Below are positions 1 through 12,719 of a DNA stretch of 64,000 nt, piece by piece (the stretch's first letter is position 1; the number at the start of each line of letters is the position of its first letter). Under the pieces are notes generated by a model. It was not told the origin of the DNA, did no database searches, and saw only the letters and a program-made list of their open reading frames with translations. A program made the translations under genes and the position numbers. Source of the stretch: Eledone cirrhosa (lineage: Eukaryota); NCBI GenBank assembly GCA_964016885.1, contig OZ024743.1, positions 194,184,001 through 194,248,000 of the forward strand, written 5' to 3'.

Positions 1-108
<108 letters not shown>

Positions 109-379
109 TGTTCAGAGTTACCGTAGAATAGATAAAAGGAAAAAGAGTACAGGATCAAAACATATTATTATACAGTATATATGCCATATATATAGTGTGT
201 CTATAACCTTTGCTAAAGTAGACTTTGAGACCGTAGGTAGAAAGCAACTGTTTTCAGAAATAATAATGATAATGATAATGAGCTAAACATAATAATTAAA
301 ACAATGATAATAATGATAATAATATAATAATAATTATTATTAAATATATGTATATATATATCTCCCATGTGTGTAGAGA

Positions 380-650
380 AAAAAAGCGTTGTACCTGACT
401 GCTATTTTTAGTAGCGTGGCAAACAACACGTCTATAATATTCCCGCTTTTACGGTGGGGAGGTTAAGCACAGCTCAAAATAGAATAATTTGTCATAATAA
501 GCAAAACAAAAGGCTATGTATCAACCCTTCTGAAATAATTTTCCCAAAAGGTCTGTATACAAACTCCTGTTGTGCCAAAAATAACAAATACACTAGAAGC
601 AAATTATTCAACCCCCAAAAAGATACCAAATACATTAATACATCAAATGC
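380..650 (+). pseudogene. Possible highly decayed PLE GIY-YIG C-terminal remnant
   Basis: Fragments in shifting frames (KSVV, FYGGE, AQNRIICH, TLEANY) loosely follow GIY-YIG motif order; an HHR is adjacent. Confidence 0.3.
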
Positions 651-652
651 TG

Positions 653-692
653 ATTAACGAACGTTTCATCTCATACTGGGACTTTTCAAAAT
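653..692 (-). ncRNA. Minimal type I hammerhead motif, U3-A8 variant
   Basis: Minus strand: att-TTGAAAA-gtccc agtat gagat-GAAA-cg tt cg-TT-aat. Confidence 0.55.
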
Positions 693-912
693 GTGATATT
701 TAATATAGAAACCTCATTATAATCTCACAGAAAAACATTACAGTCAAAGGAATTGTTTACATTTAAAGAAAATACGAAGATACGCCATATTAGATAGAAA
801 ATCTAAATTGTTTTCCTACAGAAAATTAACGTCGAACCACTTTAAGCACACTTATGTATATATCTGCATACGCCCACATGCAAAAACACACACGCAGAGG
901 CAGACAGATGCA

Positions 913-983
<71 letters not shown>

Positions 984-991
984 TATAGATA

Positions 992-1178
992 TAATTTAGC
1001 GAGAATCGCATTTCGGCGAGTAGAAAAACAGCGAAAACCAACCTTTGATTTGTGTTGGCGAGCGCTTGATAGATACGAATGATCCAGAGCAATAAACATA
1101 CGTTAAACAGGCCATACAAACTGATATGATGGCTATGCCATTAACCACCAAGCCCAAAAAAGCGATCAAGCTAATCAT
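992..1178 (-). mobile_element. ~190-bp dispersed non-coding repeat in TA tracts; second copy in opposite orientation at 42310-42500
   Basis: Shared segments gagaatcgcatttcgg..gtagaaaaa and ggcattaaccacc.aagcc between the two loci. Confidence 0.75.
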
Positions 1179-1243
1179 ATATATATATATAATAACGCAC
1201 CAAAGTACTCAATACTTAGAATAGTAGAGTGGTCCTACTCGTT

Positions 1244-1283
<40 letters not shown>

Positions 1284-1321
1284 TTGCGAGATTTTTGATA
1301 TGAAATCGTGTGTCGAAACAA

Positions 1322-1943
<622 letters not shown>

Positions 1944-2304
1944 TATACATACATACCCTCATTTTCTTAATAAATTTTGTGTTAAAGACATCCTATGTAA
2001 AGTCCTTTTATTTCTATTTCTTACCTCCATACATTTTTATAATAAATGCATATGTCTGCCAGCGTGTGTGGATGTGTATATCCTTATCCTTAGTTCAGAA
2101 TCCATGGAGTCATTGAACTAGCTGGACGGTATTGATTTCCACTCTTGCTTGTCAAGTGGATTAGAAGATAAGAATTTGAAATTCTATGGACCAGTCACAC
2201 AGGGTATGCTGAAACATTATATAGAATTTACGCGCACACACAAAACTCATTCGCGCAAATATATGCACATACACAGACACACACACACATATATTATTTT
2301 ATAT

Positions 2305-2361
<57 letters not shown>

Positions 2362-2883
2362 CCCACATAAGGAGAGAAAGTGAAAGACAGAAAAAGAGAG
2401 ATGGAGATAGAGAGTTATACTCAATCACCCACTTATACCAAGACACACCATACATGTATATATACGCAGATGGCATCTGCTTTCCTAATAAACCTCTCTT
2501 AAGTACACTCCATCTGCAATCAATTTCTTCCGGTATTCAGTAATATTACAATTGGATTCTCAAACAATTCCAATTAGTCGACTAGTTGAAGTACAATGCT
2601 CAAAGCTTCCTTAAGGAGTAAACACAGAAAATATACATGTGCGCAACTGATTAAAAACCTACCGAACCCTCTCACCATATGCACCGTCTCTATGTTTAGT
2701 ATGAGAATTCTCTTGTGTATGGGCTAACAAGAGAGATCTTTCCAGTATTATAGTTTGAACAAGTTTTAGAAACAATGCATTTGAAACAAACATTTTGTTT
2801 CTAAATTACGAAGCTTTGAACGCCAATCATAAAGAAAACATTTGTTTCGTTTTTTTTTTTTGGTTAATAACAAGTGTGCTTCA

Positions 2884-3090
2884 TATATTCTTGTAGTAAT
2901 ATGACGTTAGCGCTTGTGATTAGCTTCAGCATCATCATTATAAGATGTGTGTTTGTGTATATATATTTGTGTTGGACCTCTGTCGCTTCTGACAAGTATG
3001 CTGTATATATTCTTGTTGTAATATGACGTCAGGTCTTGTGATTATCTTCGTCATCATCATAAGATGTGTTTGTGTGTGTGTATGTATATT
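2884..3090. repeat. ~122-bp direct duplication
   Basis: atatattcttg..taatatgacgt...catcat..ataagatgtgt starts at 2884 and 3006. Confidence 0.75.
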
Positions 3091-3099
3091 CGTGTTGGA

Positions 3100-3347
3100 A
3101 CTCCGCCGGTTCCGGTGATGAGTTTTCCAGATGATTCAATCAACGGAACAGGTTGTTGAGCTATCCACAGACACGTATACTTGGTGGCACAAAAGTGGAC
3201 CTTTGAATTAGGGGTGTAATTTATTTTTGCCAGCTGAAGCAACGTGAAATAATGTGCATTGCTCAAGGACACAATGTGTCTAAGGAATCAAACTCCCAGC
3301 CGCACGATCATGAGCCGAACACAACCCCTAAGCTACGCGCTTTCACA
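3100..3347 (-). mobile_element. Decayed tRNA-derived SINE (family B, related to 43913-44192)
   Basis: Minus strand has a tRNA-like head followed by tgtgtccttgagcaatgcacattatttcacgttg. Confidence 0.6.
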
Positions 3348-3745
3348 CTAACGTGAGGTATATTACTTGGTAAAGGAGGCGTCTATGTACATCGGTGGAG
3401 AACAAATATCAACAGTGGACTTCATTCGGAAAGCACCGGCTTTTACGGTTTTCTCGTTGTTTGCATCCTTTACCAATGTACATCAGTAACAGATCGACCC
3501 CCCCCCACACACACATGTATAACTCATTCCGCTCAGTATCTACTTACTAAATCACACCTACAAGGTATCAAGTTATTTTACAAACAAAAGCTATGGTAGA
3601 AGACCCTTGTTTCAAGCCAGGCATCTGCAAAGTGAATTCCTCAACTACGCAATCATGCCAGTCTAGAGCCAAAATATTGTCAACAGTTCAACACATTGTA
3701 TAAAACATGCTGGTCAATGAATGTCCTATCACCAGATATGGTGTT

Positions 3746-4452
3746 AATGTATAAGCTCTCCGAGAAATTATAACTCTTCTATCAATGCATAAGCTCTCTG
3801 AGAAAGTATAACTCTTCTATCAATGTATAAGCTCTCTGAGAAAGTATAACTCTTCTATCAATGTATAAGCTCTCTGAGAAAGTACAATTCTTCTATCAAT
3901 GTATAAGCTCTCTGAGAAAGTATAACTCTTCTATCAATGTATAAGCTCTCTGAGAAAGTATAACTCTTCTATCAGTGTATAAGCTCTCTGAGAAAGTATA
4001 ACTCTTCTATCAATGTATAAGCTCTACGAGAAAGTATAACTCTTCTATCAATGCATAAGCTCTCTGAGAAAGTATAACTCTTCTATCAATGTATAAGCTC
4101 TCTGAGAAAGTATAACTCTTCTATCAATGTATAAGCTCTCTGAGAAAGTATAACTCTTCTATCAATGTATAAGCTCTCTGAGAAAGTATAACTCTTCTAT
4201 CAATGTATAAGCTCTCTGAGAAAGTACAATTCTTCTATCAATGTATAAGCTCTCTGAGAAAGTATAACTCTTCTATCAATGTATAAGCTCTCTGAGAAAG
4301 TATAACTCTTCTATCAATGTATAAGCTCTCTGAGAAAGTATAACTCTTCTGTCAATGTATAAGCTCTCTGAGAAAGTATAACTCTTCTATTAATGTATAA
4401 GCTCTCTGAGAAAGAATAACTTTTCTACCAATGTATAAGCTCTCTGAGAAAG
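3746..4452. repeat. 38-bp minisatellite, ~18.5 copies
   Basis: Unit aatgtataagctctctgagaaagtataactcttctatc in head-to-tail array with no spacers. Confidence 0.97.
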
Positions 4453-4932
4453 TCAGTAAATTGTTTTCATAAATATTTAGTTCACATTTTAAAGATAAAG
4501 GATAGATACAAGAAATATTTGATAAAGTGGTAATAGAACATGTTGAACTTTTCACATAATTAGGCTCGATAATATTTTGCATACACAAGAGAAACATTCA
4601 ATGACTCAAAAGCAATAAAACTAGTTGTAGTAAACATTATCAAATGGTCCTCATTATTTCTTTTATCAATTTATTAGCATCAGTACGTTTAAAAAAAAAA
4701 ATCTTAATGATATTCTCATAATGCAGTTATTTTAGCTATAATCGCCTATTTAAGTGCCAGCTTGCTCTATGCTGATAAAAAAAAATATTTATTTGAACTT
4801 TGAACACAATTTTGGTTCATATGGTTGTTTTTTTAGAAGAAAACTTCAAGGCGCCATAAATTATTGGTTTGAGGAATGAAGTAAGAGAAAAGCAGAGTGG
4901 GGAGATAGAGAGAAGAAAGAGAAATATAGAGT

Positions 4933-5007
<75 letters not shown>

Positions 5008-6110
5008 AGAGAAATAGAGAGAATTGTGAGAGTGAGAAAGAATGAGAGAATGATGGGGTAGGGACAGAAAAAAATTACTGCAGCATAGAAATTTAGGTAA
5101 TTGAAGTTATGGAAAGAGTCACGGGAAATTTAAATATTTTTCCGACGAAGAAAAATTTGAGAAAAATGTTGATAACTGTAATGATATATTAGAACAAAAA
5201 ATTTAACTCATTATTCAATCAGGTCGTATCAAGCTTTTTCATCATTGTTATTTCTTATTTAGTAACAGAATATGAGAGAAAACAGTAGAGAGAATATACA
5301 CATCTGTTCGTTAATTTGAAATGTCTCCAATATAAATATCACCATGAATATTATGGGCTCCTCATTTCTTAACAATCTGCTTGTTAGTTAGTTATGTAAA
5401 CAGGAAGGAAGCTAGATTGGAATGGCCATTCTTGTGTTTATGTTTCTTTGATGAATTCATTGGTATTTTAAGACATCCTTGCTAACTGATATGGGATCTG
5501 AATAGAAATTCCACCTGAATAGAGGTTAAATTGCCTATTTCAAAATTCTCTGGAGGCAACTACATCAAAGCGGAGCCATATATAATGCATTTCTTTATTT
5601 GTACAATATTATATTAAGATCGATCGTTGGCTAGTTGTCAAGATTCCTACGATATTGAACTTTAAATAAACATTGAAGACACTAACGCAAATTAATAAAG
5701 TTATTTACGTTCTTTTATATTTCTCGAGAATGATGATGTGATATCTTTAAAGAATGATACATAAACATTTCATATATCTTGTGTAGTTATTATATCGAGA
5801 TATAGATAAAAATAGTTAGGAATCTACAAACACTGAACAATCATTTATATAACGATTAATAACGGGAAACTATGACAAAAAAGTAGAAAAGATTTTATCT
5901 CAATTAATAAATTGATAATTTAGTATTCACCGAAAAGAAATTTTTATTTATTTAACATTCACAAAAAAATAAATTTAATTCAGTATAATCAATTTTTCTT
6001 GAAAAAGCGATTTATTTCAGAATTTATATTTTAAAGAATGAATACAAATATATGTCCGAAATTAGGATATATAAAAAATAACAGTTCTGTGTAGCGAGTT
6101 AGCCGAATGA

Positions 6111-6230
6111 TTAAACTTTAATCTGTTATTTTAATAAATATTTGCTCTAGGGATCTTATATATTTGATATATATTTATCCTTGTCGAGCCCTCTTTGGAT
6201 TTTAGTCTTCACATTTATTATTATTACTAT
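6111..6230 (+). mobile_element. 3' part of the HHR-bearing pLTR family also at 32301-32450
   Basis: ttaaactttaatctgttattttaataaatatt...tcgagccctctttggattttagtcttca matches 32345-32450. Confidence 0.85.
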
Positions 6231-6339
6231 CCCGCCGAGGTTAACTTTGCCTTTCATCCTTACGGGGTCGATAAAATAAAGTACCAGTAATGTACTGGGT
6301 AATTGCTGGCCTTGTGCCAAACGTAGAAACAATTATTAC

Positions 6340-6340
<1 letters not shown>
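6231..6340 (+). mobile_element. SINE family A, 5'-truncated
   Basis: cccgccgaggttaactttgcctttcatccttacggggtcgataaaataaagtacc...agaaacaattatt. Confidence 0.9.
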
Positions 6341-6377
<37 letters not shown>

Positions 6378-7162
6378 AAATAACAGATTAAAGATTTTTT
6401 CAAGTATAATCTAGGCCAAACAAACACTAGCTAATTTAGCCTTCCCATTTTCAGACGTTAGGGGCGATTTGAGGGAGATTTACTTGTTATTTCTAACAGA
6501 ACCAGCGAATTTGTAAAGTCTCGGTGATTTCGTTCGTTTCTCTGATTTTGTAGGTTTGCGCCGAGACGAAAGAAATTATTATGTTAATTATAAGGAATTT
6601 AAAGTGATTAATGTGTAAAGGACACTCAAATCTCTTCCCTTAGAATGCCAAGAAGTATTGAAAAACTATTATACTGGAGCATTTAAACTCTGCAGAAACT
6701 GAGTTAATTTATGCTAGCGGTCGGTTTGTGGTGGGCGTGGTGTAGTGAAATCGTGTTTAGTTTTTAATGGCGCAGGAGGAATACAATAAGCTCCAGCAAC
6801 ATAAATGATGAATGAGAGATGATCTGTAGTCTGTAGTTTAGGTCAATAAATTAATAGAAGATTTGATGCGGTCAGTGATTAAGGCTAAATATTGTTTACA
6901 AAATTAAGAAATATCTGGCGTACACAACACGTGTAAAATAAAGAATGAGAAAGATAATGTGAGAAAGATAATGTGAGAAAGATGGAATTAACTGAATAGG
7001 CGAGCAGAAATGAGAAGGTATAGAGATAGAGATTTGTAAAGATAGAGAGGCAGTGTGGGAACAAAACTACAGACATTACAAACACATAGACAGACAATCA
7101 ATGACCATTTAGAATTCCCCTGGAATAACAAGATTAGTTATTTCTATACATTTCAGAAATCC

Positions 7163-7246
<84 letters not shown>

Positions 7247-7328
7247 TACACAAGAGTATGTAAACTATATATACTATATATACTATATACACACATATAT
7301 ATATTATATATAACACACACAACACACA

Positions 7329-8333
7329 CAGCAGTACCCAGCGTTGCCTGGGTAGGTAAAATAATATCTGCTTTGATGAAAAGGTGTTGATCTTAGCGAC
7401 TGCTTCTCGATGACTCATCTATGGCCACACACATGCCATGCGGGGGAGGGTGGTGATAACCTCTATCACTGAGAAACGCGGCTGACTGACGAAGGGGCAT
7501 GCTGGGGGAAGGAGGTAATGACCTCAAACACTAAGCCAAATTTCCTCACGCTACTTGATTGGAAACCGATGAATTCTCAAATACACAACTAAAAGCTCAG
7601 ACGACGTCAGTGGCCTTTGACCATCTATAACATGTGCAATGATAGCTTCTATCGTAGTATAAAAGTTGAACCAAATAAATTGATTTATGTTTGAGGTGGA
7701 GCCGAAGTTTCGAATTTGAACGAAATCGGTTGAAAAATGTGCGAGCTATAGCCGAAAAGGCGGAAATTTGAGCGAAAAGGTGGTATTTTCGAATATTTAA
7801 GCAGCTGCCACAACGTTCCTAAACAAAATTCCAAAGTATAAAGTCACTTTAAGACGTGAAATAATCAGATCTAGCGTAGTGTAAAATTTGAACAAAGTAG
7901 GTTGATTAATATAGGAGCTAGAGCAGAAAAAGTGGAAATTTGAGTCTAAAAGTGGTATTTTTTAATATTTAAGCGGCTGCCACGCCGTTCCTGAACAACA
8001 AATGCAAAATATTAAGCCATTACAGGATGTGCAATGATAAATTCTATTTTGCTTTAAATTTGAACGAAATCGGTGGCAAAATGTGGGAGCTAAAGCAAAA
8101 ATCTTATTTTTCGATACCTAAAAAAGGGTGACCCCCCCCCCCCTCCTATCGATTTTTATGTGCAGAATGATCCCGGAATACAAAAAAACCATACGCTGAT
8201 ATATAGAAAACACTCCCCGATGATTAATCTATGAGCCGTGAAGTTTCATGAAAATCAGTCGTAAGATGTTAGCTCCTATATGTAATATACAGACACACAG
8301 ACACACACATACTTAATTTTATATACATACAGA
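7329..8333 (-). mobile_element. Non-autonomous Helitron-like element with internal ~172-bp repeats
   Basis: Minus strand begins A|TC followed by a (TG/TCTG) microsatellite and ends with hairpin acccaggcaacgctgggt plus a degenerate CTAG; internal repeat atatttaagc.gctgccac at 7793 and 7965. Confidence 0.7.
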
Positions 8334-8768
8334 TATAATATATATATATAAATATATGTGTGTGTGTATGTATGTATGTATGTGTGTGTGTGTTTGTGTG
8401 TGTGCGTGTGTATCTGTGTGTGTGTGTGTGTTGTTATAACTCACCATTTTGATACAGCGTAATTACTAAAAGAAGTATTAGACCTGAAAAAGTGATGTGA
8501 TATGATTGAGGAAATCCCTATAAGGTGGTGCTGCAGCATGTTCGCAGTCTACTGAATGAAACGACCGCAAGAATAAAAGAATATAAATGCACACACAAAT
8601 ATATGTCACTGGATATTTAGATCGATATCCAGTGATATACATGGGTCCCGACTATTTATAATATAACCATATTTTATTACCCCTAGCATCGAGTACTCTG
8701 GTGAGTAATGGTTTAACCAGTTTCAAACTGAATCCATCCTGATTTATATATATATGTATAATAATAAT

Positions 8769-8955
8769 TGTTTCTACTTTTGGCACAAGGCCAGCAATTA
8801 CCCAGTGCATTACTGGTACTTTATTTTATCGACCCCGTAAGGATGAAAGGCAAAGTCAACCTCGGCGGGATTTGAACTCAGATCGTAAAGGGACGTAACT
8901 ATGCTTGAAAGCATGGCGTCCGACCCTCTACCGATACTGCCAATCCACCGCCCCC
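8769..8955 (-). mobile_element. SINE family A, full length, with 16-bp TSD
   Basis: tRNA-like head with B-box gagttcaaatcc; central gcctttcatccttacggggtcgataaa (resembles the MetaSINE domain, from memory); TSD tatgtataataataat at 8753 and 8956. Confidence 0.92.
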
Positions 8956-8961
8956 TATGTA

Positions 8962-9484
8962 TAATAATAATGCTGTGATATATATTTCAATGGCGACAGT
9001 GGTCACACTGTTCCGTGCGCCAGTGTTGCGACATCGTCAGAAAGCTTTTTACATAATAAGGTTATGTTTCTGAGGCAATCCAAATTGAATTGATACTCAC
9101 ACTCTCCCATCCCCACTGGCTTTCGACTGACAGCCACTGACGGGATAGGTAGCAGTAAGCTATATTACAGGCCTTGAATGGGTCATTGTTTGGCTGAGAG
9201 GGGGAACCGACTAAGCGAATTTCGTTGAAATCTGCGGTAGCTAATGGTCAACTTCCCACGGACCTGCGCCTGCGCAGACCAGTGGGGGTGAATTGGTACT
9301 CACTGGGGAATGGACGAAAAACCCAAGAGCACACACTTCGCCCGTTTCCATGTCGATTCAATTCGGATTGCCTCGGAAACATAACCTTATTATGTAACAA
9401 GCTGTCTGACGATGTCGCGACACTGGCGCACGGAACAGTGTGACCACTGTCGCCATTGAAATATATATCACAGCATTATTATTA
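8962..9484. mobile_element. Foldback element (arms ~8962-9092 and 9355-9484) with a degenerate HHR-like motif in each arm
   Basis: Arms are reverse complements; right arm reads CTGACGA-tgtcgcgacactggcgcac-GGAAC-agtgt. Confidence 0.75.
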
Positions 9485-9673
9485 AAAGACTTGAACATCT
9501 GAAACTACTTCGCTTTCCCTTATTCGATATTTACTCCGTCACTCCTCTGTGGAATAAGTACGTTGAGTGCTTGAATTGAATTGCATCACTGTTTACCCTA
9601 AGTATATGTATAATATATATATATATATAATTATATATATATATATATGTTATATATTATATATATATATATA

Positions 9674-9780
9674 TCATCTCTTTCCATACACACACAAACA
9701 CATGCATATCAATATATATATATTATATGTACATATATATATATGTTGATATGCATGTGTTCGTGTGTGGAAAGAGATGA
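9674..9780. repeat. Short foldback around a TA tract
   Basis: tcatctctttcc...catgcatatcaa pairs with ttgatatgcatg...ggaaagagatga. Confidence 0.75.
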
Positions 9781-10871
9781 GTGAAACTTAGTGAGTTTAT
9801 TCCAGTTTTGTTATGTGTAGTTATATACGTTAATTTAGTAGCAAAGCAACATAAAAATGTTTGATATTAAACACAGGGAAGATATATCATATCATGAGAA
9901 TAATTCAGAAAGTTGAGCAGCATATTATTCAAATTCTTCTTGAATGTATTGCGAGAAAGAAGAAGAATGATTTTTGCTACATGCTGAGTTTATCACTGTT
10001 TAGATCGATAGTAATATGTAATAAAGCATACCGGGATATACTAAAGCGATCCATAATTCATCAGTATTGACATACTATGTCAAGATTATATTCAATCAAG
10101 AATGGTAAAAATGAGAAGAACAAATAATGCGGGAAAATATGACATAGTATGATTTAAAACATTCAAGATGGTAGAATGTCGTGCTAACTATACGTCAAAT
10201 TTATATTTTTTTAGCTATAGTGTGAATACAAGTCTCACCAGGGTCCAATAGATTTTTCGCTTTTTCTGCTCTGGAAGAATAGAAATTAGCCATAAAATAT
10301 TGTAGCCTAGAGCGAATATAATACATTATTGACTAACAAGATTTGTTGGATCTCCGTCTATTTCGACAACGAGGCATCAAGTTTTTTGGGCGTAGGAAAA
10401 GTTTATTCGTGAAGTTAAAGTACAGATGGCTGCATCGTAACGAAAATGACCATAATAATAGTCGATAAGTATAAATAACAACATAAATAATAGTATATAT
10501 ACATAGAGGAAAATGTGTTAAATCCTTGGAACAATTAGGTATATTTGTAAAGCGGAAATGAATGACTTCACTTGTAGCTCTAAACAGTTTAATTTTAAGA
10601 AAATAGTGAATCGTAAAAGTAAGATTATTGATTAAGTGTGGAGTTGGGAGGTATTGGGGATAAGGGAGCCAGATGTGATGGTCAGATTTGTTCCCTAGAG
10701 GCAAAGTTAATGGGTATTTAAAGAATGTTTTAGAAAGGGGCTGTGAAAGTGCCCTGCTGCTGGTTCCATTTTGATAGAACTTACTAGATCTACAAAGCAA
10801 AATTGTAAAATTGTAATATTATAAAATTTAATTGTTTAGAACTACGAATGAAGTCATTCTTTTCCTTTTTT

Positions 10872-10940
<69 letters not shown>

Positions 10941-11141
10941 ACGTACATACCTATATGTATACAGACGTACAGTAGTATGTATATTCATACATACATGCAC
11001 ACACATATATATATATATACATATGGGTTTACCGAACATTTATTATAATGCTCGGTTTGTTTGTAAACAAACAGCCCGAATTATTAGCCGTACAGTGTTC
11101 GGCAACCATTGTTGCCCTTTTGTTCAACACTGACAAAGGAA

Positions 11142-11182
11142 CGATGAACTAGTTTCGCGCTTATTGGCTGTCATCAGCACCG
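11142..11182 (-). ncRNA. Minimal type I hammerhead ribozyme
   Basis: cggtg-CTGATGA-cagc caata agcgc-GAAA-ctag-TT-catcg; stem I cggtg/catcg, palindromic stem III. Confidence 0.8.
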
Positions 11183-11906
11183 TATACTTTCCTGTCAGTC
11201 GATTGAACGTTTGAAAGTATATACTTTCCTTATGCATATTAACGGCTGAACAGCCTAATTTGCATATTGAGTGAGTTAGTTGGCCGGGCGTACCGAAAAC
11301 GATAAATATAAAAAATTAAATTTCATTTCTCACACTTAGTACGGCTGATACTTAAATATAATTATGTATATGTACATACATATATGTATACAGACGTACA
11401 GTAGTATGTATATTCATACATGCACACATATATATATGTACGTATGGGTTTACCGAACATTTATTATAATGCTCGGTTTGTTCGTAAACAAACAGCCCGA
11501 ATTATTAGCCGTACGGTTCATCGTTCCTTTGTCAGTGTTGAACAAAATCGCAACGATGGTTGCCGAACACTGTACGGCTAATAATTTGGAATGTTTGTTT
11601 ACAAACAAACCGATCATTATAATAAATGTTTGATAAACCCATACGTACATATATATATGTGTGCATGTATGTATGTATATATATACTACTGTACGTCTGT
11701 ATACATATATGTATCTACGTATACATACTTATATTTAAGTATCAGCCGCACTAAGAGTGAGAAATGCAATTTCATTTTTTCCATTTATCGTTTTCGGTAC
11801 GCCCGGCCGACTAACTCACTCGATATGCAAATTAGGCTGCTCAGCCGTTAATATGCATAAGGAAATTATATACTTCAAACGTTCAATCGACTGACAGGAG
11901 GGTATA

Positions 11907-11947
11907 CGGTGCTGATGACAGCTAATAAGCTAGAATCTAGTTCATCG
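11907..11947 (+). ncRNA. Hammerhead copy with GAAA>GAAT mutation
   Basis: cggtg-CTGATGA-c agct aata agct a-GAAT-ctag-TT-catcg. Confidence 0.7.
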
Positions 11948-12243
11948 TTCCTTTGTCAGTGTTGAACAAAAGGGCAACAATGGTTGCCGAACACTGTACG
12001 GCTAATAATTCGGGCTGTTTGTTTACAAACAAACCGAGCATTATAATAAATGTTCTGTAAACCCATACGTACATATATATGTGTGCATGTATGTATGTAT
12101 ATACATACTACTGTACGTCTGTATACATATAGGTATGTACGTATACATACTTATATTTAAGTATCAGCCGTACTAAGGGCCGAGACCATGTACATACACA
12201 CACAGACGCACATACACACACACACACAGACACACACACACGC

Positions 12244-12325
<82 letters not shown>

Positions 12326-12359
12326 GTGTGTATATGGAATGGCTGTGCTCGTGACATCC

Positions 12360-12600
12360 GGTCTTCTCTAAAGTAGAGGCTCCAAAAATAGTTGCAGCGT
12401 GCTGAGTACGCAAGCTCTGAAAACTATAATCTTCTTGTTCCTGGCCTCATTGCTGGTCTCCTAGACGCTCTTTTTAGCCAGACAAGTGTTGAAGGTGCTC
12501 ATTTTAAGTGTATCATAGACTCTAGGGAAATGATGGAGCCAAGATATGGGAATACTTCCTGCTGACGATCGTTGATGGTAATGGCAGGGCGGTGCTCAAC
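12360..12600 (-). pseudogene. Decayed RTE-clade LINE RT C-terminal fragment
   Basis: Minus-strand fragments PYLGSIIS and KIIVFRACVLSTL. Confidence 0.55.
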
Positions 12601-12641
12601 CACTTGGCTTAACTCCTTGATCTTTTATCAAGCTAACAGTT

Positions 12642-12719
<78 letters not shown>

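Larger units (their letters stand above)
10937..12177. mobile_element. Retrozyme-like element: ~425-bp HHR unit as partial tandems in head-to-head inversion
   Basis: Left block 10937-11514 has period 429 (minus sense); right block 11516-12177 has period 424 (plus sense). Confidence 0.85.

Noticed and set aside
3746-4452. CRISPR-like array
   Set aside because: Contiguous repeats without unique spacers, no cas genes, eukaryotic context.
10333-10800. 155-aa ORF or possible PLE tail
   Set aside because: No recognisable motifs and no foldable HHR core.
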